From: Anthoceros angustus
Taxonomy: Eukaryota; Plantae; Anthocerotophyta
DNA length: 64,000 nucleotides
Reading direction: 5' to 3'
Assembly: GCA_010909165.1 (NCBI GenBank)
Contig: MU008163.1
Coordinates: 1,984,001-2,048,000 of the forward strand
A program made the translations under genes and the position numbers. This document shows, one piece after another, positions 1-14,942 of this stretch (its first letter is position 1; every line of letters starts with the position of its first letter). Below the pieces are notes generated by a model that did not search any database, was not told the DNA's origin, and saw only the letters and a program-made list of their open reading frames with translations.

Positions 1-2737
1 GTTTATCATGATGCATGTCTCTGATCTGAGAAGAATGGCCCCACTTTGGCTCTCAAAGACCCAAGAGGTTCGGGCTGACAAAGCTCACTGGCGAACGAAC
101 ATTACTGGAGACATCTACGAAAAGGGGTGGATCAGTGAAATGTATGGCTACTCCTTTGGAGCTGCAGAGGTATGCTGCGTGTTCCTTTGATTTGTTGAGT
201 TGCCTGAGCTGAGTTTGCAAAGCTGTTAATGTTGACCTTTCCTTGTGCAATTGCAGGCTAACGTACCAGTGTCAGATCTTTGGGAATGCTGATTCTAACC
301 TACCATGTCACCAGGTTGGTCTTCGTCACAAGGTCAATAATACGTTGATGATATATCCTGGGTACACTCCTACGGATGGAGTGGAACCTCAACTGTTTCA
401 CTATGGCTTGAGGTTTGATGTGGGGGAGTGGCATTTCAGCAAACTAGAGTACCATGAAGACAACATTGTCTACGACTGTAACCGTTTATTTCCTCCTCCG
501 CCCTTCCCTGAGCAGGTGAGAATGTGTAATTTGCTTATCAGATGTGTCAACAGAAGTGTCAATCAAGCTCTTGATGACTTCTGTTGCAACAACTTGCGCA
601 GGTGATTGCCATGGAGTCTGATTTCAGAAAACGCCGGGCTTTGCTTCTCAGCGTTGAGTGTGTCAATACCATCAATGAAGGGTTGATCCTGGTGCACAGA
701 CGTCGTGGTTGTCCGACACCCAAGAAGTCTCCCTACCTGACGTTTCTAGCAGAGGACCTATTACAGAAGAGCTCAGTGTTTGTAACAGAGGTAGGAGATC
801 TCCAGTTGGCTGAAGATGGAGGCATGGAAAATGCTGGTGACGGTAAGGGCTCACACACAGCAGAAGTTCAGCGGCTTCCATCCACAACTCAGAACAATCA
901 GACGAATGGTGCTAAGTCGGATATGAAACAAGACAAGAAACCCTCTGCAAATGTTCCTCGTCCCAAGATTCACACGTTGTTTTCTGTCGAGTGCTCAATG
1001 TACTTTGACTGGCAGACAGTAGGGATGGTGCACAGCTTTACTCTGAGTAGGCAACCTGGACCACTTACACGGTTGCTTAGCTGCACGGAGGAGGATCTCA
1101 AGACGTACAAGGGTATTGACCTAGCTGCCACACATGTTGTTCCATCCATGAGCAGGCACCCACTAACCGGCGACTGGTAATCTCTAGGTCTAGGCTTCGC
1201 TTTGTTGTCCTTGCCTCCTCTATGCAACGTTAACACCCTTCCTGCCTTAACTCTTTTCAATTTCTGCTGCAGGTATCCTGCTATCAATAAGCCCGCTGCT
1301 GTTGTTCATTGGCTAAATCACGTCGAGACGGATGCCGAGTACATTGTGATTCTTGATGCTGACATGATTCTCCGTGGGCCGATAACACCATGGGAATTAG
1401 GTGCTGCACCTGGCCACCCTGTCTCAGCTCCATACGAGTAAAATTTCTCAGCCCTATTTATCCATTTACCCTCGCTGTGGTCACTAGCATTGAAGGTGGG
1501 GTGCAATTCATGATCTCGTCTTCCTTGTGCATGCTGGTGGTCGCAGTTATCTTATCGGTTGTGACAATGAACTGGCGAAGCTTCATACAAGATATCCAAA
1601 GGCATGTCAGAAAGTGGGTGGGGTCATCGTGATGCACATCGATGATCTCCGGATATTTGCTCCACTCTGGCTTCACAAGACCGAGGAGGTTCGTGCCGAC
1701 AGGGCACACTGGAGGACAAACCTTACTGGGGACATTTATGGGGAAGGTTGGATCAGTGAAATGTACGGTTATGTCTTCGGTGCTGCAGAGGTGAGGAGCA
1801 TTTCTGCACAACACCGTGTTAGCTGCGTCAGGTGTCCTGCCTTTTGTTTGGTTTCATGATCTGGTCTGTTATGCACTGACAGGTGAAACTGAAGCACATT
1901 ATAAACCAAGACATCATGCTATATCCAGGTTACGTTCCTAGTCCTGGTGTAGAACCCCGTGTGCTCCACTACGGGCTGGAGTGGAAAATTGGCAACTGGT
2001 CATTTGACAAGGCTGAGTGGCGGACGAAGGACATGACAAACAACTGCTGGCAGTTCTTCCCTGAACCGCCCGACGTATCTACCTTGAACAGAACAGATGA
2101 GGATGAATTCCGAAGGGACAGCATATGTGTCGAATGTGTAAATACTCTCAACGAGGCCCTATACTTCCACCACAAGAACAGAGGATGCCCGGAGGACCAA
2201 GATGACCAGGATGCCGAGGAAAAACCCACCATAGACCAGATAGAAGCAGCAGAACATGGAGACCTATCCGCTGATTCTGGTGTGGGAGACCAAGACCGCA
2301 CAGACGAGGAGGAGCAAGAAGATCTCGCTGGAGACACCGAACAGGAGAAGGAGAGCTCGTACCAGGGCCACCATGATACACCTGTGGCAAGCAGCAAGAA
2401 AACATGGTCTCCACCTGCAGACCCTGATCCCTTGCTTGAAATGGGTGGCAAGTACCAAAACAGCAACAGCTCCTTCGAGGCACGAACTAGGTTCTTGGAG
2501 CATACCAGAATAGTCCCTGTGCACGTCAGCTACTGGAAGGTGGCTGTCTGGGCGCTGGTGGTCAGTGCTTTCCTCCTTATCGTCTCCACAGTCTCGAGGC
2601 ATCAGAGGCTGGATCAGCGAAGGAGGCAGAAGAAGGGCAAAGTAGAAGCAGGTAGCACAGACAGTAGTCCGAGTGTGGGGATCCCTGTCAGCTCGGAGCC
2701 TGGCATTGCAAGCTCTTCCGACAAGGACATCCCCTAA
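1..2737 (+). CDS. SERGT1: Peptidyl-serine alpha-galactosyltransferase (SERGT1/SGT1 family); 5' end lies outside the window; multi-exon
   Basis: The glycosyltransferase module occurs twice: PLWLxKTxEVRAD...GWISEMYGYxFGAAE at about 40-170 and 1660-1790. Also KIHTLFSVEC..YFDWQT, YPAINKP, ILDADMILRGP and a C-terminal TM helix (YWKVAVWALVVSAFLLIV). GT-AG introns join the frames; stop at 2735-2737. Confidence 0.92.
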
Positions 2738-3040
2738 AACTTTAGTCGACAGTCCATATTTCATTGCTTTAAACACATAATTTTATTCTCCCATGGCCAT
2801 CTCTTCAGAACGATGCAGACAGTGTTTACGTGGTTGCCTCGAACGGCCCACAACAATTGCAGACACAGATGTAATATACATGTTCGGCCTCGATTTGAGC
2901 GATGCAGTTACTTGGTGGTCTTTATTAACGTTTGTAGTTTCCAAGAAGATCATTAATGGCTTTGCCGGTGCGCGGGTAATGACTTGAACAGCCTCCAGCA
3001 TTTGGAATTTGGAACTCGGAAGGCGGGGATGATTCAAAAC

Positions 3041-3220
3041 GGCAAATCGCCCAACAAAACGGCAAATCGCCCAACAAAACGGCAAATCGCCCAACAAAAC
3101 GGCAAATCGCCCAACAAAATGGCAAATCGCCCAATAAAACGGCCAATTGCCCAACAAAACGGCCAATCGCCCAACAAAACGGCAAATCGCCCAACAAAAC
3201 GCCAAATCGCCCAACAAAGC
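3041..3220. repeat. Tandem array, 9 copies of a 20-bp unit (GGCAAATCGCCCAACAAAAC)
   Basis: Near-identical units at 3041, 3061 ... 3201. They explain the repetitive pseudo-ORFs on both strands. Confidence 0.97.
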
Positions 3221-3293
3221 GCCCGCATTGCGTGTTGTTTTTGTTGGTCTGTATTCACGAGCTGGGTCTCTGCGTTTTTCTGCTATTCTGGCC

Positions 3294-4032
3294 ATGGCTG
3301 ATGCAGGCCTGACCAAGGCTGAGCTGCGGAGTCTGAGGAAGGAGGCGAGGGACCCAAATCTTCGCCCGGCGGAGCGGATGGAGTTGCTGATGTTGTTGGA
3401 AATGCTGGCGCCTTCCGATCCCCAGGAGGAGCACGACCGCCGGTGGAGGAACATGGCCGCCTATGTGGAGGACTTGCCGGAGGCCCAGAAGCCCACAACA
3501 CTGGGCGGGCACCGCGACGTGCTGGCCATGTTCGGGTAAGGTGGAATGTGCGCTGGGAAATTGGACTGGCCTTGCCCGATCAGCAGTTCGTGATGACGAC
3601 TCTGGTGGGATTCCAGAATGGACTTGGTGAGGCCGATGTCGCCCGAGGATGCAGCGAAGACGGCGGACTTCGGGGTGTTCATGGAGGGCTATGGCGCGCA
3701 TGGCTTGCACATCGCGGACTCGTACGAGATGGAGGACCTGCCGGACGCTAAGCCCAAGTCTGTGTCGCCTGTGGCCAGCTGAGCCAAATTTCTGCTTGCT
3801 CGGAATGTGTTCGGGCCAGGAGTGGCTGCTGATCGTTTTGGTGCTTGTGGGCGGTAGGTGCGATCGCTGCAATATGGTGGGCGCTACCAGGCGCTGCAGC
3901 AAGTGCGGCGAATGGTACTGCTCGCGGGAGTGCCAGAAGGCGGCCCGGCGCAAGCACAGGAAGATCTGCAGGATGGTTTCCGGCCAACGCTTGATGAACG
4001 AGCTTTTCGAAGATCTGACTCTCGGCCTGTAG
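3294..4032 (+). CDS. Small MYND zinc-finger protein, probably 3 exons (about 3294-3535, 3617-3762, 3858-4032)
   Basis: C-terminal CDRC-x8-CSKC-x3-YCSRECQ-x6-H-x3-C MYND pattern. ATG at 3294. A GT-AG intron at 3536-3616 restores the frame (FG/MDLVRPMSPEDAA). The second intron donor is uncertain. Confidence 0.65.
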
Positions 4033-4457
4033 CGGCGTGACATGTACGTGAAGCTGGAAGAATGTCGGCTGTGTTAGGAAAAAACCTGCCATAAGGAAAA
4101 AGTCATGCGTAGGAGTCTCCATGACACATGAAAGTGTGTACTTCTATCTTGAGACTTATTGTTCAAGAAATCTTTTGTGGCTGTGGAAGTAGAAAACTAT
4201 TCCGACACGGGACCTCCACGCAAATGCTGCACAAACTCCTTGAACTTTGTTGTCATCCAAAATTTTTCTGACAAAATTTTGGTGAAATTATCCGCCTTCA
4301 TAGAACTTGGAGACGTATATTGGGAATCGATTACATCTTCTATCTTCTCTTGAATATCATGATGTTGAATATATCAATATGCTTCATATGCTGATGAAAC
4401 TCAAGATTATGTGTAACCTTGAGACTACTTTGATTATCCGTATAGAGAATTGTAGAT

Positions 4458-4807
4458 TACCGTACCTCGAAGGGTGGTTCAACAGGATAATGCCGAAATA
4501 ATTATTTTTTGAAAAAAACAAGGTTCAACATAAATATTTATATTTTTCAAAATTTCAACATTTACAAAAATAATTTTATCAAATTTCAACATTTATTAAA
4601 ATATATAGGTATATATAAAACTAATGGATATGTATAGATCTCCCTAAATAGGCCCTAATTTTCCACACAAACCCTAGTTTCCTTATTTTCGGCATCATAA
4701 ACTCATAAATTTTTACCTATTCAACATTTTAAGTATAATAATTTCTGGATTTTCAACTTTTACTAATTTTAATTAATTATCGCCGAATCACCCCTTGGGG
4801 TACGGTA
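4458..4807. mobile_element. MITE-like element, about 350 bp, AT-rich, TA-flanked (Tc1/mariner-type signature)
   Basis: The left end TACCGTACCTCGAAGGGTGGTTC and the reverse complement of the right end TACCGTACCCCAAGGGGTGATTC match at 19/23 positions. TA occurs at 4458-4459 and 4806-4807. No ORF. Confidence 0.7.
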
Positions 4808-5404
4808 TGTTTGAGCATAACCAAGCTCCTTTAGAAGAAGTCGCAACCAAACCGCCTCCTTAGCCGCCTCCTCGATAGCCGCCTCCTCGATATAGGCACG
4901 ACTTCGGAGGAATCCTGCATTTCTGAGACACACAAACAGGCCTGCATGTTGAGCACAGCTCCCTTAGTAGTAGCACGTGTTGCTGCCATGTATTCTGCCT
5001 ACGTAGAAGAGAGAGCAACAATAGGTTGTGACTTAGAACTCCAACTAACAAGCGAATTAAAAACATAAGAAGCATATCCTAAAGCAGAACGACGAGTTTC
5101 TTTATCTCCTCCCCTGATTTGTCTATAGTTGTTAATTTGATATGCAGACATGCCAGCAAGCTGTCCATATGGCTTAAAAAAATAAATTGTTGTTTGTTGC
5201 TTAGGCCAAATGGACATACATTTATAAGAACGTGTGATTAAGCATCATGAGCTTAGATCGGTACTTAGATGGGGTGCCTAAAGGGAGTGGATGCGGTTGG
5301 TGCAAGGAGCTTAGGCACACCATGGTACAAGTTGTTAAGTACCAAGTTCCATGACGGAAATCTGTCCTTAGTGGACTTAAATAAAATTCTTCTTCTTCTT
5401 CTTC

Positions 5405-5630
5405 GTCTAATGTTCATTTATAGCTGTTAATTTGATATGTAGACATGCCAGCAAGCTGTCTAATGTTCATTTATAGCTGCTGATTTGATATGTAGACATG
5501 CCAGCAAGCCGTCTAATGTTCATTTTTAGCTGTTAATTTGATATATAGATATGACAACAAGTCGTCTAATATTCACTTATAGCTGTTAATTTGATATGTA
5601 GACATGCCAGCAAGAAGTCTATTGTTCATA
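5405..5630. repeat. Tandem array of a 53-bp unit (4 full copies plus a partial one; an isolated partial copy at about 5125-5165)
   Basis: GTCTAATGTTCATTTATAGCTGTTAATTTGATATGTAGACATGCCAGCAAG starts at 5405, 5458, 5511, 5564 and 5617. Confidence 0.95.
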
Positions 5631-5980
5631 GGCAATGACCCAAGTGTATTTTGCGTTATTTGCGTGGAACTTCTTTTCATGGTTTATGTTTTGGTGATTC
5701 TACTGTTAACATTGCTGCGCCTTCATGACTTGTTGACTATTGTGATTCTCATTGGGGAGGAGATAAAGAGATTCGTTGTTCTACTTCGGGATATTCTTTT
5801 CATGTTTTTAATTCTCTTGTCACTTAAAGTACTAAGACTTTACAGATATGTAACAACAGCATACAAATACACAGCAGAGTGCACACAATCAGATGTATAG
5901 AACACTATCTTACAGACCTAATATCCTCTCCCCTTAAAAGTAGATGTATTCTTCTCACATTCTCGCCTCTCCAATCTAGT

Positions 5981-6245
5981 TACCGTCATGAGGGGTGATT
6001 CGGTATTAATTAATTAAAATTATTCAAAATTTTTAAAATCCAAAAATTACTATATTTAAAATGCTGAATGTGTAAAGATTTACGAGTTTAAAATGCCGGA
6101 AACAAGGAAAAAAATAAGGAACGAGCCGTTTAGAGGAGGTCTATATATATCTATAAGTTCTATATAGATACCTAGGTATTCTAATAAATATTGAAATTTA
6201 GTAAAATTATTTTTTATAAATTTTGAAAATTTGAAAAATAATGAC
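5981..6245. mobile_element. Second, diverged and truncated copy of the 4458-4807 MITE family, in inverted orientation
   Basis: Begins TACCGTCATGAGGGGTGATTCGG. Its reverse complement aligns by eye along about 4535-4807. No clear second TIR. Confidence 0.65.
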
Positions 6246-6342
6246 TATTTGGGCACTATGACTTTACATATGTATAAAGTTATCACTTTGCAGCTCAGAC
6301 TAGTTTTCACAATTTTGTACAATTTTGGACTTGTTCATTTCT

Positions 6343-8354
6343 CTAAATGGCCACTCTTGTGTCTTCGTCTGCCTCATTGTCTCTGATAGAGTTTTCAGCT
6401 TCTCTACGCAGCTCCTCCTCAAGTGTCTTGGAATTGTGCCCGAGAGCCTTGGTCACTCCCAGGACCCCGTCGTGCATCGCTATCTTGGATACTAACAAGC
6501 CGATTGTGATGGAGAGACAGATCACCACCGTGTTCATGACGAACGACATTCCTGAAACTACATCACCACCGCTGAGGAGGACGGTCACTCCCTGCACTCC
6601 TATGCCTCCTGGAAGCAGTACTTGAACCCCAGCCAAGATCATGCTCAGCGGGATATCGGTCGTAACTTGGGCTAAGATACCACCTGAGACAGCGGGAGAA
6701 GCCTGGCTCATCGGTTCTGTCTGTTGCAAATCACTCGGAATGGGTGTACGCTGTGAACAGGACTTATTACCTGTGACGCCTATTCCGATTGAAGCAATTG
6801 CAGCAGATGCCTCTGGTCGTAGAACAGTGCTGCAGGCTTTGTCTAGCAGAGTGCCGATTGCGGCAGCTGATGTCATCCCTAACCATTGCCGGTACCTTCC
6901 CTTCAACAGCACGTTTGCAGCAATTGAAAACCCAAGGAACCTGGTGATCACGTCACAGGGGTTATGAGCAGGTGACTATGTTCGAGGCCAAGTCTCAAGA
7001 TCTGGTAAGGTAAAAGGGTGGGTTACCAAATGACGTCCCACCAAGGAGACATGTCCGGTGATTCACAATTTTTGTCCACTGGCGTATCTGCCCACCATAC
7101 CAAGTCCTGTCCAATTGCCAGTCCAAACCCCAGTTGCAAGGTGATAACCAAGCCACGCATGATTCTGCCAGTTCCCGTGATGGAAGACTCTTCCACAACT
7201 TCACTGATGCCAACCGTCAGCAATTCACCTGCCCTCCTTCGTGAAGTGGAGGTGAGGCTCTTATCCACCGGAGCAAGTTTGGACACTTGTTATGATTCAA
7301 GCAAACTGATAGCCTTGAGTGTTGCATACCTGGGAGGAGCCACACCAAAGCGGAGACGCTTATCGCAAAAAAACACAGCTTGGAGTCTTCGAGATAGACA
7401 GAACATAGTCTGGCTACAATGGCGACCAGTAAGGCCGCTATAAACTCCAGCATGTGTCTAAAAACACGGGTGTTCTCTGCGAGTATTGCCAGCACCCCAA
7501 CACCCAGTCCGAGAAGCATTGAGATGAAGGCATCCAGCAATGTCCCTGCCCAGCATGTAGCTATCAGGTTCACCCTTGCAAAGATGACCATGATCGAGTA
7601 ACAGCAGGCAAGTAGGAGAGAAGAACACCAAGAACAGACCTGAGAAGAAAAGAGGGGCGGAGGTGAAGGAGGACAGTGCATAGGAGAGTAATTGGCTTTT
7701 CCGGCTAGTGAAGTACCCAGGAGAAGTTGCAATTGCTCTCAGCCGGCAATCTGCTGCAGAAACATTCATTCCCTCACGTCCAACCATATTGGCCAGTTCA
7801 TCGATTTTCTGCAGCTTGTCCACATTCACACTTCTCGCCACTGTGGTCATCACGGTGTCAGATCTAGCATCGTCAAGCCAAGCACACCCAGTCAGTCACA
7901 GACACCCACAAGCACGCCCCCATACAGCCTCATCAGCATTTCATCTCCACCTTCCCTACTTGTAATGATCGCTTATGGGAAACACAAGCAGAACAAGAGA
8001 TGAAAACACGGCCACATGGGCCTCTGTCTCCAACTTGTCGGCCGCCTTCTCCACCAGGTACTCCGTTCTTGGAGCGGAACTACCATAGCTCACCAAAGCC
8101 AGCGCCAACCGGATCAAAAACTTCTCCTCCAGGCTCCGATCCTTCTCCCCATCCCCTGCGGCACCGCACCCAAGCTTCACGGAATGCTGGACCGTTCATT
8201 GCGAAAATGCAAGAGATAATAACACACCGGAACCGGGCGAGCCACCAGAACCAGGCATCTGCTCAAAGTCATCCTCATGCTCCGCGGACACTAAGGGAAC
8301 ACCAGTCGCGTCTGAAATCTTCTGGGCAATGCCATAAAATGAAGAAGCAGCCAT
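6343..8354 (-). CDS. ThrE/PRM10-like multi-pass membrane exporter (threonine/serine exporter family), paralogue 1
   Basis: N-terminal ThrE motif KFLIRLALALVSYGSSAPRTEYLVEKAA, then LVWLLPG, GSGRIMRGLVITLQLGFGL and C-terminal LLPGGIGVQG..SITIGLL. About ten hydrophobic segments. ATG 8354 joins in frame through an intron to the 8160 exon; the start is moderately certain. Confidence 0.78.
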
Positions 8355-8701
8355 CTCTGGCCGGGCAGGTTCATCAGAGCTCCAGGCAGCTGATCACACA
8401 ACCCATTCCAGGCCGAATCTGGTTGCCCCCTTCCTGCCAAGTCTGCTCGCAACGTGGCTTGCTGCAGGAGACACAAATCAGCCTGCTGCAGAGTTCCACG
8501 TAACATAACTGGTCGCTTAACAGACGGGCGCTAGAGGGACTGAGTGCCCTAACGGGGAGCAGATTTCAAAATGTAGTCGTTTTCTTGTCTCTCTCCCCCG
8601 CCCGGCTCGGGAAACTGTCCAGGGGAAGGCCAAATGCTCCCGGTCGGGAGCGCGACCGAGCGTGCCCACGGCAGCAGCCAGCTGCAGCAGAAAACAGCCC
8701 G

Positions 8702-10398
8702 ATGGAGCAGGAGCAGGAGAAGGATGAGGGGCAGAGGCAGAGGAAGGGACAGAGGCAAGAGCCGGAGCAGAGGCAGGTAGCTGGAACTGGACAGAGACAG
8801 GGTGGTATGGACTCGCAGGCGCTGGTCGGACCACAGGGCTGGGAATCGGTGCTGAAGGATCTTCGGGAGGAGCGTGAAAGATACAAGGATTTCATCAGAG
8901 GTTGGAATGTTGTTCTGCAGGCATGTACTTTTTGAATAATTCCGGTGCCCGGCATGTGGAGCTCCGTCTGGAGCTTCGGCTAAACCTAGATGTGTCGTGC
9001 AGCTACGGAAGCGCATATAGCGAATTTAGAGAATGAGAAGGCGTTCTGGAAGGCGCAGGCTGAGCATTGGAAGGCGCAGGCTGAGGCTGCTGCTAGACAA
9101 GATGCTTTGCACAGGTGATGATCGCGTCTGCACTCGCAGGTGATGCATGGTTTATCTGCCATGGCTGGAGGTGAAGTTGCACAAGGGATCACTGGCTAAG
9201 AGTTTTGGCACTACTGTGTTCAGGTTGCTGGATCAAAACGCCAACTGGGGTGCGTTTTTGTTTCAGAAGTCCTGGGGTTGTTCTGACAGCTACATTCCGC
9301 CGCTTTGTTCTGCAGACCTGGGTTTATTTTAGGTGATGTTCATTCTGAACTCAGGCGGGAGCGTGAAAAGAGTAAGCATTCTGCGGTGTAATGCCGTGGC
9401 GTCTTGTGAAGTGCCTTCTGTGGAAGGAGGTGAGTGTGAGCACTAACACCTTGGCCGTGCGTGCGGCATGCAGATGAACATCTTTCGAAGGAGTGTTGGG
9501 ACATTAATATGCAGCTCAGGGAAACGCAAGTGACTCTAAGGGAGGCTCTAGTTGACCTAAGAGAGACCAAGAGCCAGCTGGAGGAAGCAAAAGCTGAGAA
9601 CCTGAAGTTGAAGGACTCTGGAGCTGTTGGTTCGAAAAGAAGGAAACATCCCGACTGTGAGCCTTGCCATTCTGTCGAGACCAGGGTGGACACTACACTT
9701 CCTATTCGAGGTATGTTCGAGGTGTCGTTCCCAGGAAAGTTGACAAGAAAGATTTCAGGTTACCAAGGGTGGAAGGAGAGGTCTAGGAAGTATGCGGATG
9801 ATTAGCAGCCAGATGTAAACGTGCATGACCTGCTTTGCGCACTCCAGTGTGCTTGGCTCCGGCAGCTGGCAAGTATATCATTGCTGTGCGACTGACATTT
9901 CTTCCAACTTGTGTTGACGTTTCCCTTGCAGAGGAAGTGCAAAATGGAAACAAATCGTTTGAAGTGCAACGTGGAAGCAAAGCATTTGAACTCACAAAAG
10001 AATTTATGGAGCAGCTAACAAGCATGGATTTCTCCGCTTGTGAAAAGGAGGCAACAGTATATGCGGTCTTCTTTCATCAATCCACAGGTAAGTTGGATGC
10101 TTAAGAGCGATGCCGGACTGGATGAATGTTGAGGGTTTATAAGACAGGCTCTCAAGCTAAGTGCATCTCTGTTCCAGGATTTTCTTTCAGACTGGAAGAA
10201 TGGGACGAACCACCTAATATCAGCGGGGGACAAAAAGTGATGCGGTACAAGCCTGTTTCTCTCGGTAGTTTAAAAAGTAGAGCTCCTAGTTGGATGCAGG
10301 ATGTCTTGTTGGTTGACATTGAGCAATTACCAATGTTGCTAAGAAGATTGTTATGGGTAGCTGGAGGTCGGTTTTTCAACCAGCCACTTGTACTTTAG
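8702..10398 (+). CDS. TTN9: TITAN9-like (Csm1/monopolin-type kinetochore) coiled-coil protein, 7 exons: 8702-8900, 9003-9114, 9224-9249, 9333-9371, 9474-9710, 9932-10087, 10148-10398
   Basis: All hand-assembled GT-AG junctions keep the frame. ERERYKDFIRATEAHIANLENE and FMEQLTSMDFS..FFHQSTG..GFSFRL..RYKPVSLGSLKSRAPSWMQDVL resemble the TITAN9 N- and C-terminal motifs as I recall them (QEEKFLNFVSAAEELI; HQSSGYSFSL; LYxxLSLGTFERVAPEWMR). Confidence 0.72.
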
Positions 10399-12261
10399 CT
10401 CATGAGATCTGCATGCCTAGCGTAGACAGTTACGAGATTCTGCTCATATTTATGTGACATTTTAGGAATGCATTTGGCATGTACATGTATGTTAGCTTAG
10501 TGGAAGGACCCGCAGTAGGATGTGGAACACTAGTTAGTAACAGCTGGGCAGAGCTTTGTACAGTAAAACAATCTTGTAAGATCATGTAACTGTGGGTCCT
10601 TGTGAGATGCCAATGAACCGCATTGAGGTGCTCATCTTAAGTTGCAACTGCGCCGCACCTGTTGCCTGGTGTTCGATTCGAGTACAGCTTATCGACGGTG
10701 AGGTGCGTGACGTTCCTTGCCCCCCCTTCTCTCAGATTTTCATAAGCATGTAACCGTCTATGTTCAGCTAGCAGACAGATTTCCGGGCACCAAATAGGAT
10801 TTGAAGCCGTCACTAACCCCCAAGATCTCAGGGCACGTTTTCATGTCTCACAATCTGACAACCTGCAGTATGGCTTTGCAGGATTTACTGTTGACAAGCT
10901 GACTGACTGCGAGATTCCAGTTCCAATACGAGCGTGGGCCCATTCCCAGATTTCACTCAGATCCAGTTTGCACGCCGAAGTAGGGAAAGGTGGTGCACCC
11001 GCAATCTGATGGTGAACAGGTGAGTGCACTTTGTGCTTCCAACCCATCTCCGGATCACTCCACCTTTACGCAGCCGCAGGAAAAGATCTGGCCATGTCTT
11101 GAGCTGCGTGCAGTGCTATTTGCCCCAGGTTGTTCGCAGGAGCTCTATCTTTCAAAACCAGTACACGACAGACCCTGACATGCTCTCGTCTCAACATCTG
11201 TCGTGTGCAGCTAAGTCAACTGCACAGGATCACGCATGGGCTCCCTCATCTCACGGAAGCCACTTGCGTCGGGCCTTGAATGAATCAATGTCGTACAAAT
11301 TCAGCCACCAAATTGCTCCCTGCTCTCCTCCAGGTTTACTACGGTATCTATGGTGTCACTGGCGACGCTACTAAAACGAAGCCCGGGCACATGGCAAAGA
11401 CCCGGTACCGGGCGGAGGAATAGCGCTGGTGGCCCTTCTCCAGCGCACCAGGAATAGCCCTGGCCCGAACCTCCAGTTTTCAAGTCACTGAAATTTAGAA
11501 ATCCCAGCTGCTACGAGTCGCAGCGTAGCATGGCTCCTGTGGCGCCGCCCTCTTGAGCAGCCAAGGGCAAGAGGTGGCTGCCCTCCCCATGCGCTTCGGG
11601 CTGCTCTCAGTGCTCTGGTTGGGGATCTGTCCCCGCGGCTGTTTCGACAGTCTGTCGAATATCTACAAGTAAAGCTGTATCTGCGGGGCTCAAACGAGTA
11701 ATTGCCGACAGCTAATCTCGTGCGAGACTTCTGTCTCGTCTGTTGGCCTCTAAGCTCATCAGTTCTTCCACATCGTCGAGGAATCCTATTTTCTTTCCCT
11801 GGAACGTTAAAGGGCGATCCAAAATCCAGCAGGATGGGAGGGCTTTGCATTTTTCGCCCAGTTCCCGTGATTGTGGAGCATTCCGCTTTTGGCCCAATCC
11901 GAGCTCAGAGTGCTGTTTGTGTCACATGTGCTGGGCCTCCCTCCCTCCCTCCTCGCCTCCCAGATTCCGCCTCTCTCTTGCCTTGTCAAGCTCTGTGCCG
12001 GAGGGATCTCTCTTATTACAGGCCCCGACTGCTACCTTAGTGCAGCTTTCTGTGGGCGGAGGAATCATTCTGACCTTCCTGCTCAGAATCTCTCAGGGAG
12101 CTCCTTCAGCTCCATTTCTTCCAAGCTCTATCGACTCCCAATGCTGAAACTGCCTGCCATTTGCTGGCGGTGGTCTGGACCCATGAGCCTGTGACAGCAT
12201 TTCCCCCGCCCCAGAGCTTCCCTCGCCTTGCCTGCTCGGCTTCTGCCTAACCATCCCCGAA

Positions 12262-14942
<2,681 letters not shown>

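Noticed and set aside
3041-3220. CRISPR-like array
   Set aside because: The units are contiguous with no unique spacers, there are no cas genes, and the context is eukaryotic.
2783-3454. Repetitive ORFs (GDLPFCWAICRFVGRFAVLL and NGKSPNKTANRPTKRQIAQQ repeats)
   Set aside because: They are translations of the 20-bp tandem array, which lacks stops in several frames.
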